Positions 1 to 8,578 of a stretch of 64,000 nt of DNA are shown here, piece by piece. Position numbers and translations under genes: made by a program. The stretch comes from an uncultured Nitrospiraceae bacterium (GTDB lineage: Bacteria > Nitrospirota > Nitrospiria > Nitrospirales > Nitrospiraceae). Location of the stretch: assembly GCA_963706325.1 (NCBI GenBank), contig CAVPLT010000007.1, positions 224,001 to 288,000 of the forward strand, given 5' to 3'. The notes beneath the pieces were generated by a model that saw only the letters and a program-made list of their open reading frames with translations, ran no database searches and was not told the DNA's origin. Each line of letters starts with the position of its first letter. Positions within the stretch are counted from its first letter, which is position 1.

Positions 1-25
1 AGCCGAATGCAATGGTCGAAGCCGG

Positions 26-850
26 TTGAGTCGCATGTCCTGTCGCCGGTGGCGCCAAGCGCGCTTCAGGACAACGCATTGTCTGGTCAAATGGGCCGGG
101 TTGTGGGGGATCGTCCTATTGCTGAGCGGTTGCGCCAGTTCGCTCTACGGCTGGCAATCCCGCACCAATTCAACCCCTGTCGGCTCGTCCTTTCATGCCG
201 ATTTGCTGAAAGATCGAGCGGTGGCGCTGTTTCCCGCGGTGACGAGTCCGGGTCTTCGCGGCAACGAGGCGGCGATTCCCTTTTACCTCTGGGATGTTGT
301 TCGGAAACTGGCTCCGACATGGAAGACGATAACTGCAAGAGAGACAGTGTCACGCATCAATGGCCAAGGGTTGGCAGACGACTATATTAAGTTGATGCTG
401 GATTATGAGCCAACCTCTATCCTCAATCGGGATCTGTTAAGGAAAATCGCTGGTGCCCTCGGCGTGCGGTACGTCTTTCAGCCTCGTCTGATCTTCTTCG
501 TGCAGACGATGACGGATCGTTGGAAAGTGCCCGCTTTCGATGTGCGGATTGCGCAGACTCGTTCGAGCATTATGCGACTGTCACTGCAATTGTGGGACGT
601 GGAAAACGGTGAGCTGGTATGGGTCTCGGTTGCCGAAACAAACATGGCGAACGAAGCGGTCTCGCAGGACCCCGTGTATCTGGAGGATATTGCCCGAGCC
701 ACCCTGGGCAGCATGATGGCCGATCTCATGACAGGCAAGACCGCTTCACGATATACCCCACTAAATGAATTAGTTAATAATCTCATTCAGGAAGCCATGC
801 CCAAAGAAAAGTCAGGTCAAGAAGTCCAAAGCCAAACGACACATGAGTGA
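26..850 (+). CDS. Hypothetical lipoprotein (start uncertain)
   Basis: 274-aa ORF; hydrophobic stretch ending in lipobox LLSG-C; co-oriented with downstream genes. Confidence 0.7.
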   Translation: MSRMSCRRWRQARFRTTHCLVKWAGLWGIVLLLSGCASSLYGWQSRTNSTPVGSSFHADLLKDRAVALFPAVTSPGLRGNEAAIPFYLWDVVRKLAPTWKTITARETVSRINGQGLADDYIKLMLDYEPTSILNRDLLRKIAGALGVRYVFQPRLIFFVQTMTDRWKVPAFDVRIAQTRSSIMRLSLQLWDVENGELVWVSVAETNMANEAVSQDPVYLEDIARATLGSMMADLMTGKTASRYTPLNELVNNLIQEAMPKEKSGQEVQSQTTHE

Positions 851-887
851 TCGAAGCGAGTTCAACCAACAAACAACGGAGGTTGTC

Positions 888-1274
888 ATGTCATACCACG
901 CAAAGACATTGCTACGTATCATCGGTCTTCCGTTGATGATCGTCTGTCTCAATGGCTGCTCGACTACGGAAACCATCAATGATTTTTTGTCTTCGACAAC
1001 CCCCGGTGATTGGTATAACCGCGATGGGATGCCCAAAGCGGAACATAAAGTCGACGTATTCGTCGCGATCAATATCGATAATCTAAAAGCCGATTTGGCG
1101 AGAGGACAGGGCGAATATCTTGAAGCGCTGAGCGTGCTCCTTACGGTAGCCATTGATCGCCGGCAGGAGTTTTCGATGCGTGCGCAGAACGAATACAGCC
1201 GGCTTGCAAATCAGGATAGGGCTGCGGTTACGGAGGCCTTGGTCGCGCTCTCGCAGGGATTGCGTGACGCCTGA
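888..1274 (+). CDS. DUF3015-like lipoprotein
   Basis: GGAGG RBS before ATG 888; lipobox LNG-C; motif NLKADLARGQGEYLEAL recalls DUF3015. Confidence 0.7.
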   Translation: MSYHAKTLLRIIGLPLMIVCLNGCSTTETINDFLSSTTPGDWYNRDGMPKAEHKVDVFVAINIDNLKADLARGQGEYLEALSVLLTVAIDRRQEFSMRAQNEYSRLANQDRAAVTEALVALSQGLRDA

Positions 1275-1467
1275 TTTGCCGAGCCGCGTTTGATAGCGCG
1301 TTCAGCCTAGCGGGAATGGCGGGATGTGCCATGCCGATTGGAACCCGCCACCTGTTAGGCCCGCACATGGTGGGCCGCGTCCTCATTTTCAACAGGCACA
1401 GACCGAGAGAGATGCGGATGAACAGACGTTTCGATTCATCGAGCGCAGCAACGAGGATGGAAATGCC

Positions 1468-1899
1468 ATGCTGAACAAATTGTTTCTGATATCCACAGTG
1501 CTCTTCTCGACACTCCTCATGGCCGGTTGCGCTGAGATGCAGTCGATGGGCGGTTCAGATGTATTGATGAAAATGCTCACGAGTCAACTGGGCGTGACGA
1601 GTGATCAAGCGAAGGGTGGGGTCGGGTCTGAACTCACCCTGGCGAAGGAAAAGTTGCCGAGCACGGATTTCAATGCACTGGCCAAGGCTATTCCGGGGTC
1701 CGATACCTATATGAAAGCAGCGAAGGACCTCGGTGCGGTGACTGGCCCCCTTGGAGATAAGGCAGGGTTACAGTCCGCTTTTCAGCGCTTGGGAATGCAG
1801 TCGGGAATGGTGGACAAGTTTTCGGGTCTCCTGTCGGACTTTGCCGGGAAGATGGGAGGGGAGCCAGTCAAGAATGCTTTGGCCGCGGTACTGAAGTAA
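1468..1899 (+). CDS. DUF2780-like lipoprotein
   Basis: Lipobox LMAG-C; LTSQLGVTSDQAKGGVG...AIPG pattern typical of DUF2780. Confidence 0.75.
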   Translation: MLNKLFLISTVLFSTLLMAGCAEMQSMGGSDVLMKMLTSQLGVTSDQAKGGVGSELTLAKEKLPSTDFNALAKAIPGSDTYMKAAKDLGAVTGPLGDKAGLQSAFQRLGMQSGMVDKFSGLLSDFAGKMGGEPVKNALAAVLK

Positions 1900-1960
1900 G
1901 CAACCGCTACAGCGGCGGCCGGATGATGTCTCCACATGACAGCCTAAAAAGGCGGCAAAA

Positions 1961-2461
1961 ATGAACACCTCTTCATTGGCAAACATGTCCGTTGGGTGGT
2001 CCATCCTGGTGGCCGGGATCTTTTCCGCAACGTGCGCGACAGTCCCACCCGGCATCGAGCCACCGAAGATATCCATTGCGAACATTGCGCCCAAGGACGT
2101 CGCCTTTTTTGAACAGCGCTTTGACGTCCAACTCCGAATCCAAAATCCCAATGAGAAGGAACTGAGCCTAACCGGAATGCGATTCGAGATCGACCTGAAC
2201 GAAAAAGAATTTGCCTACGGCATGACCGGGGAGAAGGTGATCGTGCCTCGCTTTGGCTCACAGGTCGTCAACGTCGAGGTCATCACCGGCCTCAGCAGTT
2301 TTCTCCGTCAGATACAGGAATTGAATAAGACGGGTACCGGTAAGATTCGCTATCGCATCAAAGGCACAGCGTTTGTGGACAGCCCTGGCATTTTCAAGCT
2401 GCCGTTCGATGAAAAGGATGAAATCGATCTTGGCTTCGCCCAGGCGTCTGAGCAGCAATAG
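1961..2461 (+). CDS. LEA type 2 / WHy family (lipo)protein
   Basis: LRIQNPN motif, beta-rich, N-terminal signal with Cys. Confidence 0.8.
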   Translation: MNTSSLANMSVGWSILVAGIFSATCATVPPGIEPPKISIANIAPKDVAFFEQRFDVQLRIQNPNEKELSLTGMRFEIDLNEKEFAYGMTGEKVIVPRFGSQVVNVEVITGLSSFLRQIQELNKTGTGKIRYRIKGTAFVDSPGIFKLPFDEKDEIDLGFAQASEQQ

Positions 2462-2625
2462 CTCCTCAAGAGGCACACGTCATGACCGGCGGAACAAGGA
2501 TGAGTCCGGCAGGTGCGGCCGCACTCATGTCGGTATTGGGCAATATACTGAATACTGATGATCGCAGCTGGTCGGACATGACGTTCATACAAAGGGATTC
2601 TCAGGATAAAATTCTCCTGACGCTC

Positions 2626-2657
2626 AGACACGGATTCAAATCCCGTTGGGGCCACTA
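2626..2657 (+). mobile_element. Degenerate tRNA 3' fragment (tRNA-Glu-like); probable att site
   Basis: AGACACGGA-TTCAAAT-CCCGT-TGGGGCC-ACTA = T-arm (one mismatch) plus acceptor 3' strand; no 5' half upstream; next to integrase remnant. Confidence 0.7.
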
Positions 2658-2730
2658 ACTTTTTCCCTGCAGTTGGCAACGACCGCCGATTCACATCCCG
2701 CCATTGCGCCAAATTTGTGATAGTCACCTT

Positions 2731-3100
2731 TTAAAACCTGTACGCTTCCCGCACATTCTCCGGCGCGAGGTGCGCATATCGCTGGATCATCCGTCCGTCA
2801 CGATGGCCAAGCAACCGTTGCACCCTGTAGAGATCCACTCCTCGCTGCAGGAGCGCAGGGGCGAAGGTGTGCCGTAGGTCGTGAAAGCGGAAGTTCGTCA
2901 CCACCAACGGACTCACAGGCTTGCCGAAAGGCCGTCGTCACCATGTCCGGTGTGACCGGTTCCCTGTCCGGAGTGGTTTGAAGAAACACGGAACCGATCG
3001 CTAACGGTCGACAGGGTTTTAGGACTTCCATGGGCTCCTTCGCGGGATTGCATGGGGAATGCCCACCTGTCAATTGTGACAGTTCCTTTTTTTTTCTGCC
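2731..3100 (-). pseudogene. Tyrosine recombinase/integrase remnant (C-terminal part, frameshifted)
   Basis: FRFHDLRHT...LLGH...RYAH in 2731-2916; preceding part (VTPDMVTTAFRQACE) in another frame; N-terminal domains absent. Confidence 0.85.
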
Positions 3101-3139
3101 TTAGTAACATCCCCACCGACATTTACCTCGCTTAAGTAC

Positions 3140-3217
3140 AATTCAATCCGCGTTGCGCGCGCGATGGAGAATATCGGTGAGAAGTTGGGTCTGAACCCGT
3201 TTAGCCCGGCCAATTGA
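3140..3217 (+). pseudogene. glsA: Glutaminase A-like C-terminal remnant
   Basis: Manual translation NSIRVARAMENIGEKLGLNPFSPAN* resembles glutaminase C-termini (GNSVR...LGxNxF); only 25 aa. Confidence 0.45.
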
Positions 3218-3260
3218 GGTTCATCCTTACGCTTGTCCGAGGCTAGCCGGGAGGTGACTG

Positions 3261-3329
3261 ATGCAGTGGTTGGTAGAGACGCTTCAAGGTGACCCCGCGA
3301 TCGCCATCTTCCCCGCTCTAGCTCTGGGT
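3261..3329 (+). pseudogene. aspT: Aspartate:alanine antiporter-like N-terminal remnant
   Basis: GGAGGT RBS then MQWLVETLQGDPAIAIFPALALG, resembling AspT N-termini; truncated. Confidence 0.55.
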
Positions 3330-3516
3330 TGCTGTTGTTCGCTCGTCTCGCACCGGCAGTGTGGTCACCGCTCGGAACGTCGAACTGAATGACGACGAAC
3401 TTGGCTTCGTTGCCTCGATGGAGCTGAATGCCCAGAAGGCAAGGATACCCCTCATGCTGGGCCTGACCAAGACCAGCGACGCAGGGGAGTCGCAGAAACT
3501 GTTCAATACATACTGA
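3328..3516 (+). pseudogene. ansB: Type II L-asparaginase C-terminal remnant
   Basis: Manual translation VAVVRSSRTGS...NDDELGFVASMELNAQKARIPLMLGLTKT...LFNTY* matches asparaginase II C-terminal motifs (VVRSSR, LNPQKAR). Confidence 0.8.
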
Positions 3517-3539
3517 TTCGAACGGTGGACAGATCCCTC

Positions 3540-3734
3540 ATGAAGGAACCAGGACGAAGGTCTCTCCTCGCAAGCTATGCCGCGGTCTGCGTAAGTTTGG
3601 GCGCCTGCGCGTATGACCCGTCGTCTAGGGACGACTATGAGGTTCCAAAGCACATTCGAGAACGTCAGACATTGCGGCAAGACCCCTACGCCGATCCAAG
3701 ACCGAACAATGCGCCAGTCGATCCTCATTACTAG
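3540..3734 (+). CDS. Small putative lipoprotein with RR leader
   Basis: MKEPGRRSLLASYAAVCVSLGA-C: RR motif, hydrophobic stretch, lipobox; 64 aa. Confidence 0.5.
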   Translation: MKEPGRRSLLASYAAVCVSLGACAYDPSSRDDYEVPKHIRERQTLRQDPYADPRPNNAPVDPHY

Positions 3735-3800
3735 GATTTCTCAATGGGCCGGTGTCTCGTGTAGATCGACATGGGGGACAGGGGGAAAGGGAGGGCAACT

Positions 3801-5351
3801 ATGAGCGGAATAGACCGAGTTTATCCCTCGGTGAATGTGGGCCAAGCACGGACTAGCAATTCAGCGGGACAGGGGTTCGCTCAATTTCTTGCGCTCAGTC
3901 TTATGGTGATTGCGGTCAACGGCAGCCTACTGATCTTGCCAAAAGCGGTTCATTCGCAGGTAGAAGGCCCCGAACGCTCAGCCGAGTCCGATGAAGTGTT
4001 AAAAGAACGGGTGAGATCGCTGGAACGGACGGTGGAAGAGCTGAAGAAAGATCGTGGCTCACCTAAGGTCGGGGAGAGTAACGTCAAGCCCGATGAGGGG
4101 TATCAGGCTCCTACGGCGGGCACGAGCACTGAAGTTCCTGAACATCAACGTGAACGCGGAATGCTGCGTCAAGATAATTATGCTGGGCCTCGAGTCGACA
4201 ATGCTCCGTTCGATCCAAAAATGAGAGGGTTTTTTAGACTCCCCGGCACGAGCACCATGTTGCGCGTCGGAGGCTTTGCGAGAACGGACCTCATCCACGA
4301 CTTTTCACCGGCCGGAAACACTTCGAAGTTCATTCCGTCGTCCATTCCGACCGGACCGAATCCAGGAAACGACAATACGAGCCTGAGCGTAGCTCCCTCC
4401 AGGCTTAGTTTGGAACTGCGGAACAACACGAATTATGGTCCTCTGCGTATTTATTTTGAGAATGACTTCAACAACGGCCCGAACACAACAAACAGCTTCC
4501 GGCTGCGCCATTTCTATGGCCAATGGCAAAACATTCTTATCGGGCAGACGTGGTCGGCCTGGGAAGACGCGGATGTGATTCCCGACACGGTGGATTTCGA
4601 AGGGCCGAACTCATGGATTTTTAGACTCCAACCCCAAATCCGGTACACCTACGCCATGAATAAAGAGAACATTCTTGCGGCTTCTGTCGAGCAACCGAAC
4701 ACGGAGCTACCCAGCGCAGTGACTCTCCCCGGCGGCTCTGTCAACCTGAATGCGACCAGCCCGATCCCTGACTTTGTCGTCCGATACCGGCACGAGCAGG
4801 ACAAATTCCACATTCAAAATGCCTGGTTGGTTCGCTCTCTCGGGGGATTTGTCGGCGGGTCGGGAGAAAAGCAGGTCCTTGGGTGGGGCGGCATGCTGTC
4901 GGCTGCGGCCACGGTGTATGGCAAGGACAACGTGATGCTCCAAGGTATCATCGGGGAAGGGATTGCCCGCTACATCAATGACCTTGGCTCGGGTACCGCA
5001 CTCGACGTTGGCATCAGGCCGGACGGATCGATCATCGCCTTGCCGGCTTATGGAGCCTACGCCGCATATCAGCATTTTTGGGCTGAAAAATGGCGTTCGA
5101 CAGTCACCTATGGATATTTGCACGTCAATACGACCAACGTCGCAGGCCCCTCAGTCACCGGCAACTCCAACACTGCGTTCAAAAGCAGTCAGTATGCAGA
5201 AGGCAACCTGATGTACAGTCCTGGCGCAGGCTTCACAGTCGGGGCAGGGTTGCTGTGGGGGCAACACGTTGAAAAGGACGGTTCCCGCGGCGATGCGTTC
5301 CGCCTGAACTTTGTCTTGCAGTACGACCTTGTGAATCTTGGGAACTGGTGA
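3801..5351 (+). CDS. DcaP-family trimeric outer-membrane porin
   Basis: Signal peptide, coiled coil, FFRLPGTSTMLRVGGFAR, FRLRHFYG, GQTWS, VDFEGP, beta-barrel C-terminus. Confidence 0.85.
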   Translation: MSGIDRVYPSVNVGQARTSNSAGQGFAQFLALSLMVIAVNGSLLILPKAVHSQVEGPERSAESDEVLKERVRSLERTVEELKKDRGSPKVGESNVKPDEGYQAPTAGTSTEVPEHQRERGMLRQDNYAGPRVDNAPFDPKMRGFFRLPGTSTMLRVGGFARTDLIHDFSPAGNTSKFIPSSIPTGPNPGNDNTSLSVAPSRLSLELRNNTNYGPLRIYFENDFNNGPNTTNSFRLRHFYGQWQNILIGQTWSAWEDADVIPDTVDFEGPNSWIFRLQPQIRYTYAMNKENILAASVEQPNTELPSAVTLPGGSVNLNATSPIPDFVVRYRHEQDKFHIQNAWLVRSLGGFVGGSGEKQVLGWGGMLSAAATVYGKDNVMLQGIIGEGIARYINDLGSGTALDVGIRPDGSIIALPAYGAYAAYQHFWAEKWRSTVTYGYLHVNTTNVAGPSVTGNSNTAFKSSQYAEGNLMYSPGAGFTVGAGLLWGQHVEKDGSRGDAFRLNFVLQYDLVNLGNW

Positions 5352-5604
5352 CCGCTTGTCGATGTTGGGCGCCGAATCCACAGTCAGCAGGTCCACCACC
5401 GTTCATACGGGCATCGAATATTGAATTGAAACAGGCGTCGCGCCTGCCCCCTGCTCGCAGAACAGTCCTCAGGCGGTCCTGTACGAGCGCGATGGCCAGA
5501 AGGGCGCGAGCAGCTATGACGAAATACAACAGGGTAAAACCTCAATCACCTCAGTCGATGAGTTTTCCGAACCTGATTACATTGTTCAAAAAAGGGGGGC
5601 CGAC

Positions 5605-7248
5605 ATGAGCGACCATGAAAAGACGCATGCCGTTGATCTGCATTTTGGAAACCAAACACGTGAAGCCGACCGGGAAGATCCGCTTGGCCGCACGGACCGG
5701 TTAATTTCAGGTGAGATCCCACCTGGTGTCGATCGCCGCACATTCTTGATGCGGAGCGCGCTGATCGGGGCAACTGCGGTGATGTTAGGTCGCTCTGTCA
5801 GCGCCGAGGAGAGGACAGAGCGGTCCACCGCGGAGCCACCGCCGCTTTCCAAAGATCTGAACGTCGTAAAGAAGGAGAAGGGCCCCGTGATGACGACGGT
5901 GGACGAGTTTTACAAAGTCGGGCCCGGCCCATCGAGTTCACACACGATCGGCCCGATGCGCATTACCTATGATTTCTACCAACGTTGTACCAAACTGCCG
6001 GTGGACAAGCTTGAGAAGGCAACCGCGCTCAAGGTTCATTTGTATGGCAGCCTCAGCGCAACGGGCAAAGGGCATGGCACGGAACGGGCCTCGCTTGCGG
6101 GGTTGGTCGGGAAGGAGCCGGCAACCGTTGACCCCGCGTTTCTCGACAGCCTGCGCGATCAGCCTGACCAGTCGTTTCCGGTGAAGCTCGGCAGCAAGAC
6201 CCTGGATGTAAACCTCAAGGACATCGTCTATGACGCTCCCAAAGGCGACTTCCCGCATCCGAACACCATGACCTGCAAGCTCATGGCGGGTAAGGATGCA
6301 TTACTGGAGCAAGAGTACTACTCTGTGGGCGGCGGATTCATTGAATGGAAAGGATACCAGCCTCCGAAGAAAAACCCGCCGAAGTACCCGTTCTCAACCA
6401 TGAAAGAACTCCGGCACCATGCCGAGACAAACGACTTGACGATTGCCCAAGTCATCCTGGCCAACGAGATGTCCATCACTGGGAGAAGCGAGGCAGAGGT
6501 CTACGCCTTTATTGATAAAATCACGAATGCCATGGTGGCCACCGTCAAGTCAGGACTCAATGCACCGGAAGACGATGTGCTGCCTGGTCCGATTAAGCTG
6601 CATAGTAAAGCGGCAGTCGTGTACAAACGCGCCATGAATGATGAGTATCAGACGGATCGCGCCATTGGCGTCGTGTCCGCGTGGGCGCTGGCGGCGTCCG
6701 AGGAAAACGGCCGGGGGCATCTCGTCATCACCGCGCCGACAGGAGGGTCCGCGGGAGTCATGCCAGCCCTTGTCTATGGACTAAGCGAACAGCGCAAGCT
6801 TCCGGCAGAAAAGATCCGCCAGGGCATGCTTGCGGCGGCGGCGATTGGTTACCTGTGCAAACACAATGCGACGCTATCTGCAGCCGAGGGCGGCTGCCAG
6901 GCCGAAATCGGCGTTGCGTCAGCGATGGCCGCGGCCTTCCTCACGACCGCATACGATGCAAGTGCCCATGTCGTCGAGAACGCGGCGGAGTCCGCACTGG
7001 AACATCACCTGGGAATGACCTGCGACCCGGTTGCAGGATTCGTTCAGGTCCCATGCATTGAGCGATGCGCGTTCGGCGCCGTCAAGGCCTGGACCGCTTA
7101 CGCGATCGCCACCAATGAGATCGCAAGCAGACATCGGGTTGATTTGGACGCAACGATCACGGCGATGGCTCAGACCGCGAAGGAGATGAACAGCAAGTAC
7201 AAGGAAACGAGCGAAGCCGGATTAGCTCTCTCCGTGACGCTCTGCTAA
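5605..7248 (+). CDS. sdaA: Fe-S dependent L-serine ammonia-lyase with N-terminal Tat-like extension
   Basis: GPGPSSSHT, LYGSLSATGKGHGT, TAPT, GGCQAE, MTCDP, VPCIER, YKETS motifs; DRRTFL leader. Confidence 0.93.
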   Translation: MSDHEKTHAVDLHFGNQTREADREDPLGRTDRLISGEIPPGVDRRTFLMRSALIGATAVMLGRSVSAEERTERSTAEPPPLSKDLNVVKKEKGPVMTTVDEFYKVGPGPSSSHTIGPMRITYDFYQRCTKLPVDKLEKATALKVHLYGSLSATGKGHGTERASLAGLVGKEPATVDPAFLDSLRDQPDQSFPVKLGSKTLDVNLKDIVYDAPKGDFPHPNTMTCKLMAGKDALLEQEYYSVGGGFIEWKGYQPPKKNPPKYPFSTMKELRHHAETNDLTIAQVILANEMSITGRSEAEVYAFIDKITNAMVATVKSGLNAPEDDVLPGPIKLHSKAAVVYKRAMNDEYQTDRAIGVVSAWALAASEENGRGHLVITAPTGGSAGVMPALVYGLSEQRKLPAEKIRQGMLAAAAIGYLCKHNATLSAAEGGCQAEIGVASAMAAAFLTTAYDASAHVVENAAESALEHHLGMTCDPVAGFVQVPCIERCAFGAVKAWTAYAIATNEIASRHRVDLDATITAMAQTAKEMNSKYKETSEAGLALSVTLC

Positions 7249-7276
7249 ATCGAGCCGTGCGACCGATGAAGAATAG

Positions 7277-8578
7277 GTGGAAACGGGAGCAACGATCGAA
7301 GTGACAGGCAAGGAAGAACTACATAAGAGCGTGCGCATTGCTGTTATTGCCTGGATGTTGGCGGCGATTTACTATTTCTACCAGTACGCTCTTCGCTCAG
7401 CTCCAGCGGTGATGATGCCCGAACTGAGCAATGCATTCGGAATCAGCCCGCTCGCTGTCGCTTCCATTGTCGGTCTGTTCTATTACGGATACTCGCCCTT
7501 CAGTTTGGTCGCTGGAGCGGCGATGGATCGACTAGGGCCGCGTCGACTGCTGCCAGGGGCGGCGGTCATCGTCGGTATGGGGGCATTGCTGTTCGCGACA
7601 GGCAATCACAATCTCGCGAGCATCGGGAGGCTCATGCAGGGCGCAGGCGGCGTCTTTGCGCTTGTAGGCGCGATCTATATCGCGACCACAAACTTTGCGC
7701 CGTCGCGCGCCGCCACTTTGATTGGCGTCACCCAAATGTTTGGAATGGCGGGCGGATCGGCCGGACAATTCCTCGTTGGGCCACTGATTGGCAACGGGGT
7801 ACCCTGGAATGTCTTTTGGACGGCCATGGGAGTCGGCGGCTTGGTGATTGGCGCAATCTTGTTCGTGCTCCTCCCGAAAGACGAACCACCCAAACTGCCC
7901 GGGAGTGGATTCAAAAGCACCGCCAGAGGTTTCAAAACCGTGTTCAAGAACCCGCAGTCGATTTTGTGTGGCCTGATTGCCGGGTTACTGTTCATCCCGA
8001 CAACGATCTTCGACATGATTTGGGGCGTCCGTTATCTCCAGGAGGCGCATGGTCTGGAGTACGGATCGGCGGTCATGCGCTCGGCCGCGGTTCCCTTCGG
8101 TTGGATCATTGGTTGCCCCCTGCTTGGATTTATTTCCGATCGGATCGGACGGCGCAAACCGGTGATCCTCGGTGCCGCTCTCGTGCTGCTCGCCTGTCTG
8201 GCTTGGATTCTCTACGGCGAAACTGGCGTTTTCCCGCCTTATTCTGTAGGCCTCGTCGCCGGTGTCGCATCGGGCGCAGCCATGTTGCCATACACCATAA
8301 TCAAGGAGGCCAACCCGCCGCAGTTTGGTGGCACCGCCACAGGTGTGATCAATTTTTTGAATTTCACCTTTAGCGCATTGCTCGGGCCGGTCTTTACTTG
8401 GGTCCTGCAGAGTGTTTCTCGCGGAGCCCCACGAATGGAACTGGAGCATTATCAGTCCTCGTTTAGCTTGCTTCTCTACGGTGTTGCTATGGCAATCGTA
8501 TTGACCTTGTTGTTGAGAGAGACCGGACCGGCTATACGCACGGAGGCGACGAAACCCGCAAAGGGAGGCGAGAAATGA
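7277..8578 (+). CDS. MFS transporter
   Basis: ~12 hydrophobic segments; MDRLGPRR and SDRIGRRK motif A repeats. Confidence 0.92.
   Translation: METGATIEVTGKEELHKSVRIAVIAWMLAAIYYFYQYALRSAPAVMMPELSNAFGISPLAVASIVGLFYYGYSPFSLVAGAAMDRLGPRRLLPGAAVIVGMGALLFATGNHNLASIGRLMQGAGGVFALVGAIYIATTNFAPSRAATLIGVTQMFGMAGGSAGQFLVGPLIGNGVPWNVFWTAMGVGGLVIGAILFVLLPKDEPPKLPGSGFKSTARGFKTVFKNPQSILCGLIAGLLFIPTTIFDMIWGVRYLQEAHGLEYGSAVMRSAAVPFGWIIGCPLLGFISDRIGRRKPVILGAALVLLACLAWILYGETGVFPPYSVGLVAGVASGAAMLPYTIIKEANPPQFGGTATGVINFLNFTFSALLGPVFTWVLQSVSRGAPRMELEHYQSSFSLLLYGVAMAIVLTLLLRETGPAIRTEATKPAKGGEK

Noticed and set aside
2580..2660. Intact tRNA gene
   Set aside because: No GGCCCCA 5' acceptor strand, D-arm or anticodon arm upstream; only the 3' fragment is present.
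5350..5604. FNR box or extra gene upstream of sdaA
   Set aside because: No TTGAT-N4-ATCAA match seen by eye; ORF 5348-5608 has no recognisable features.
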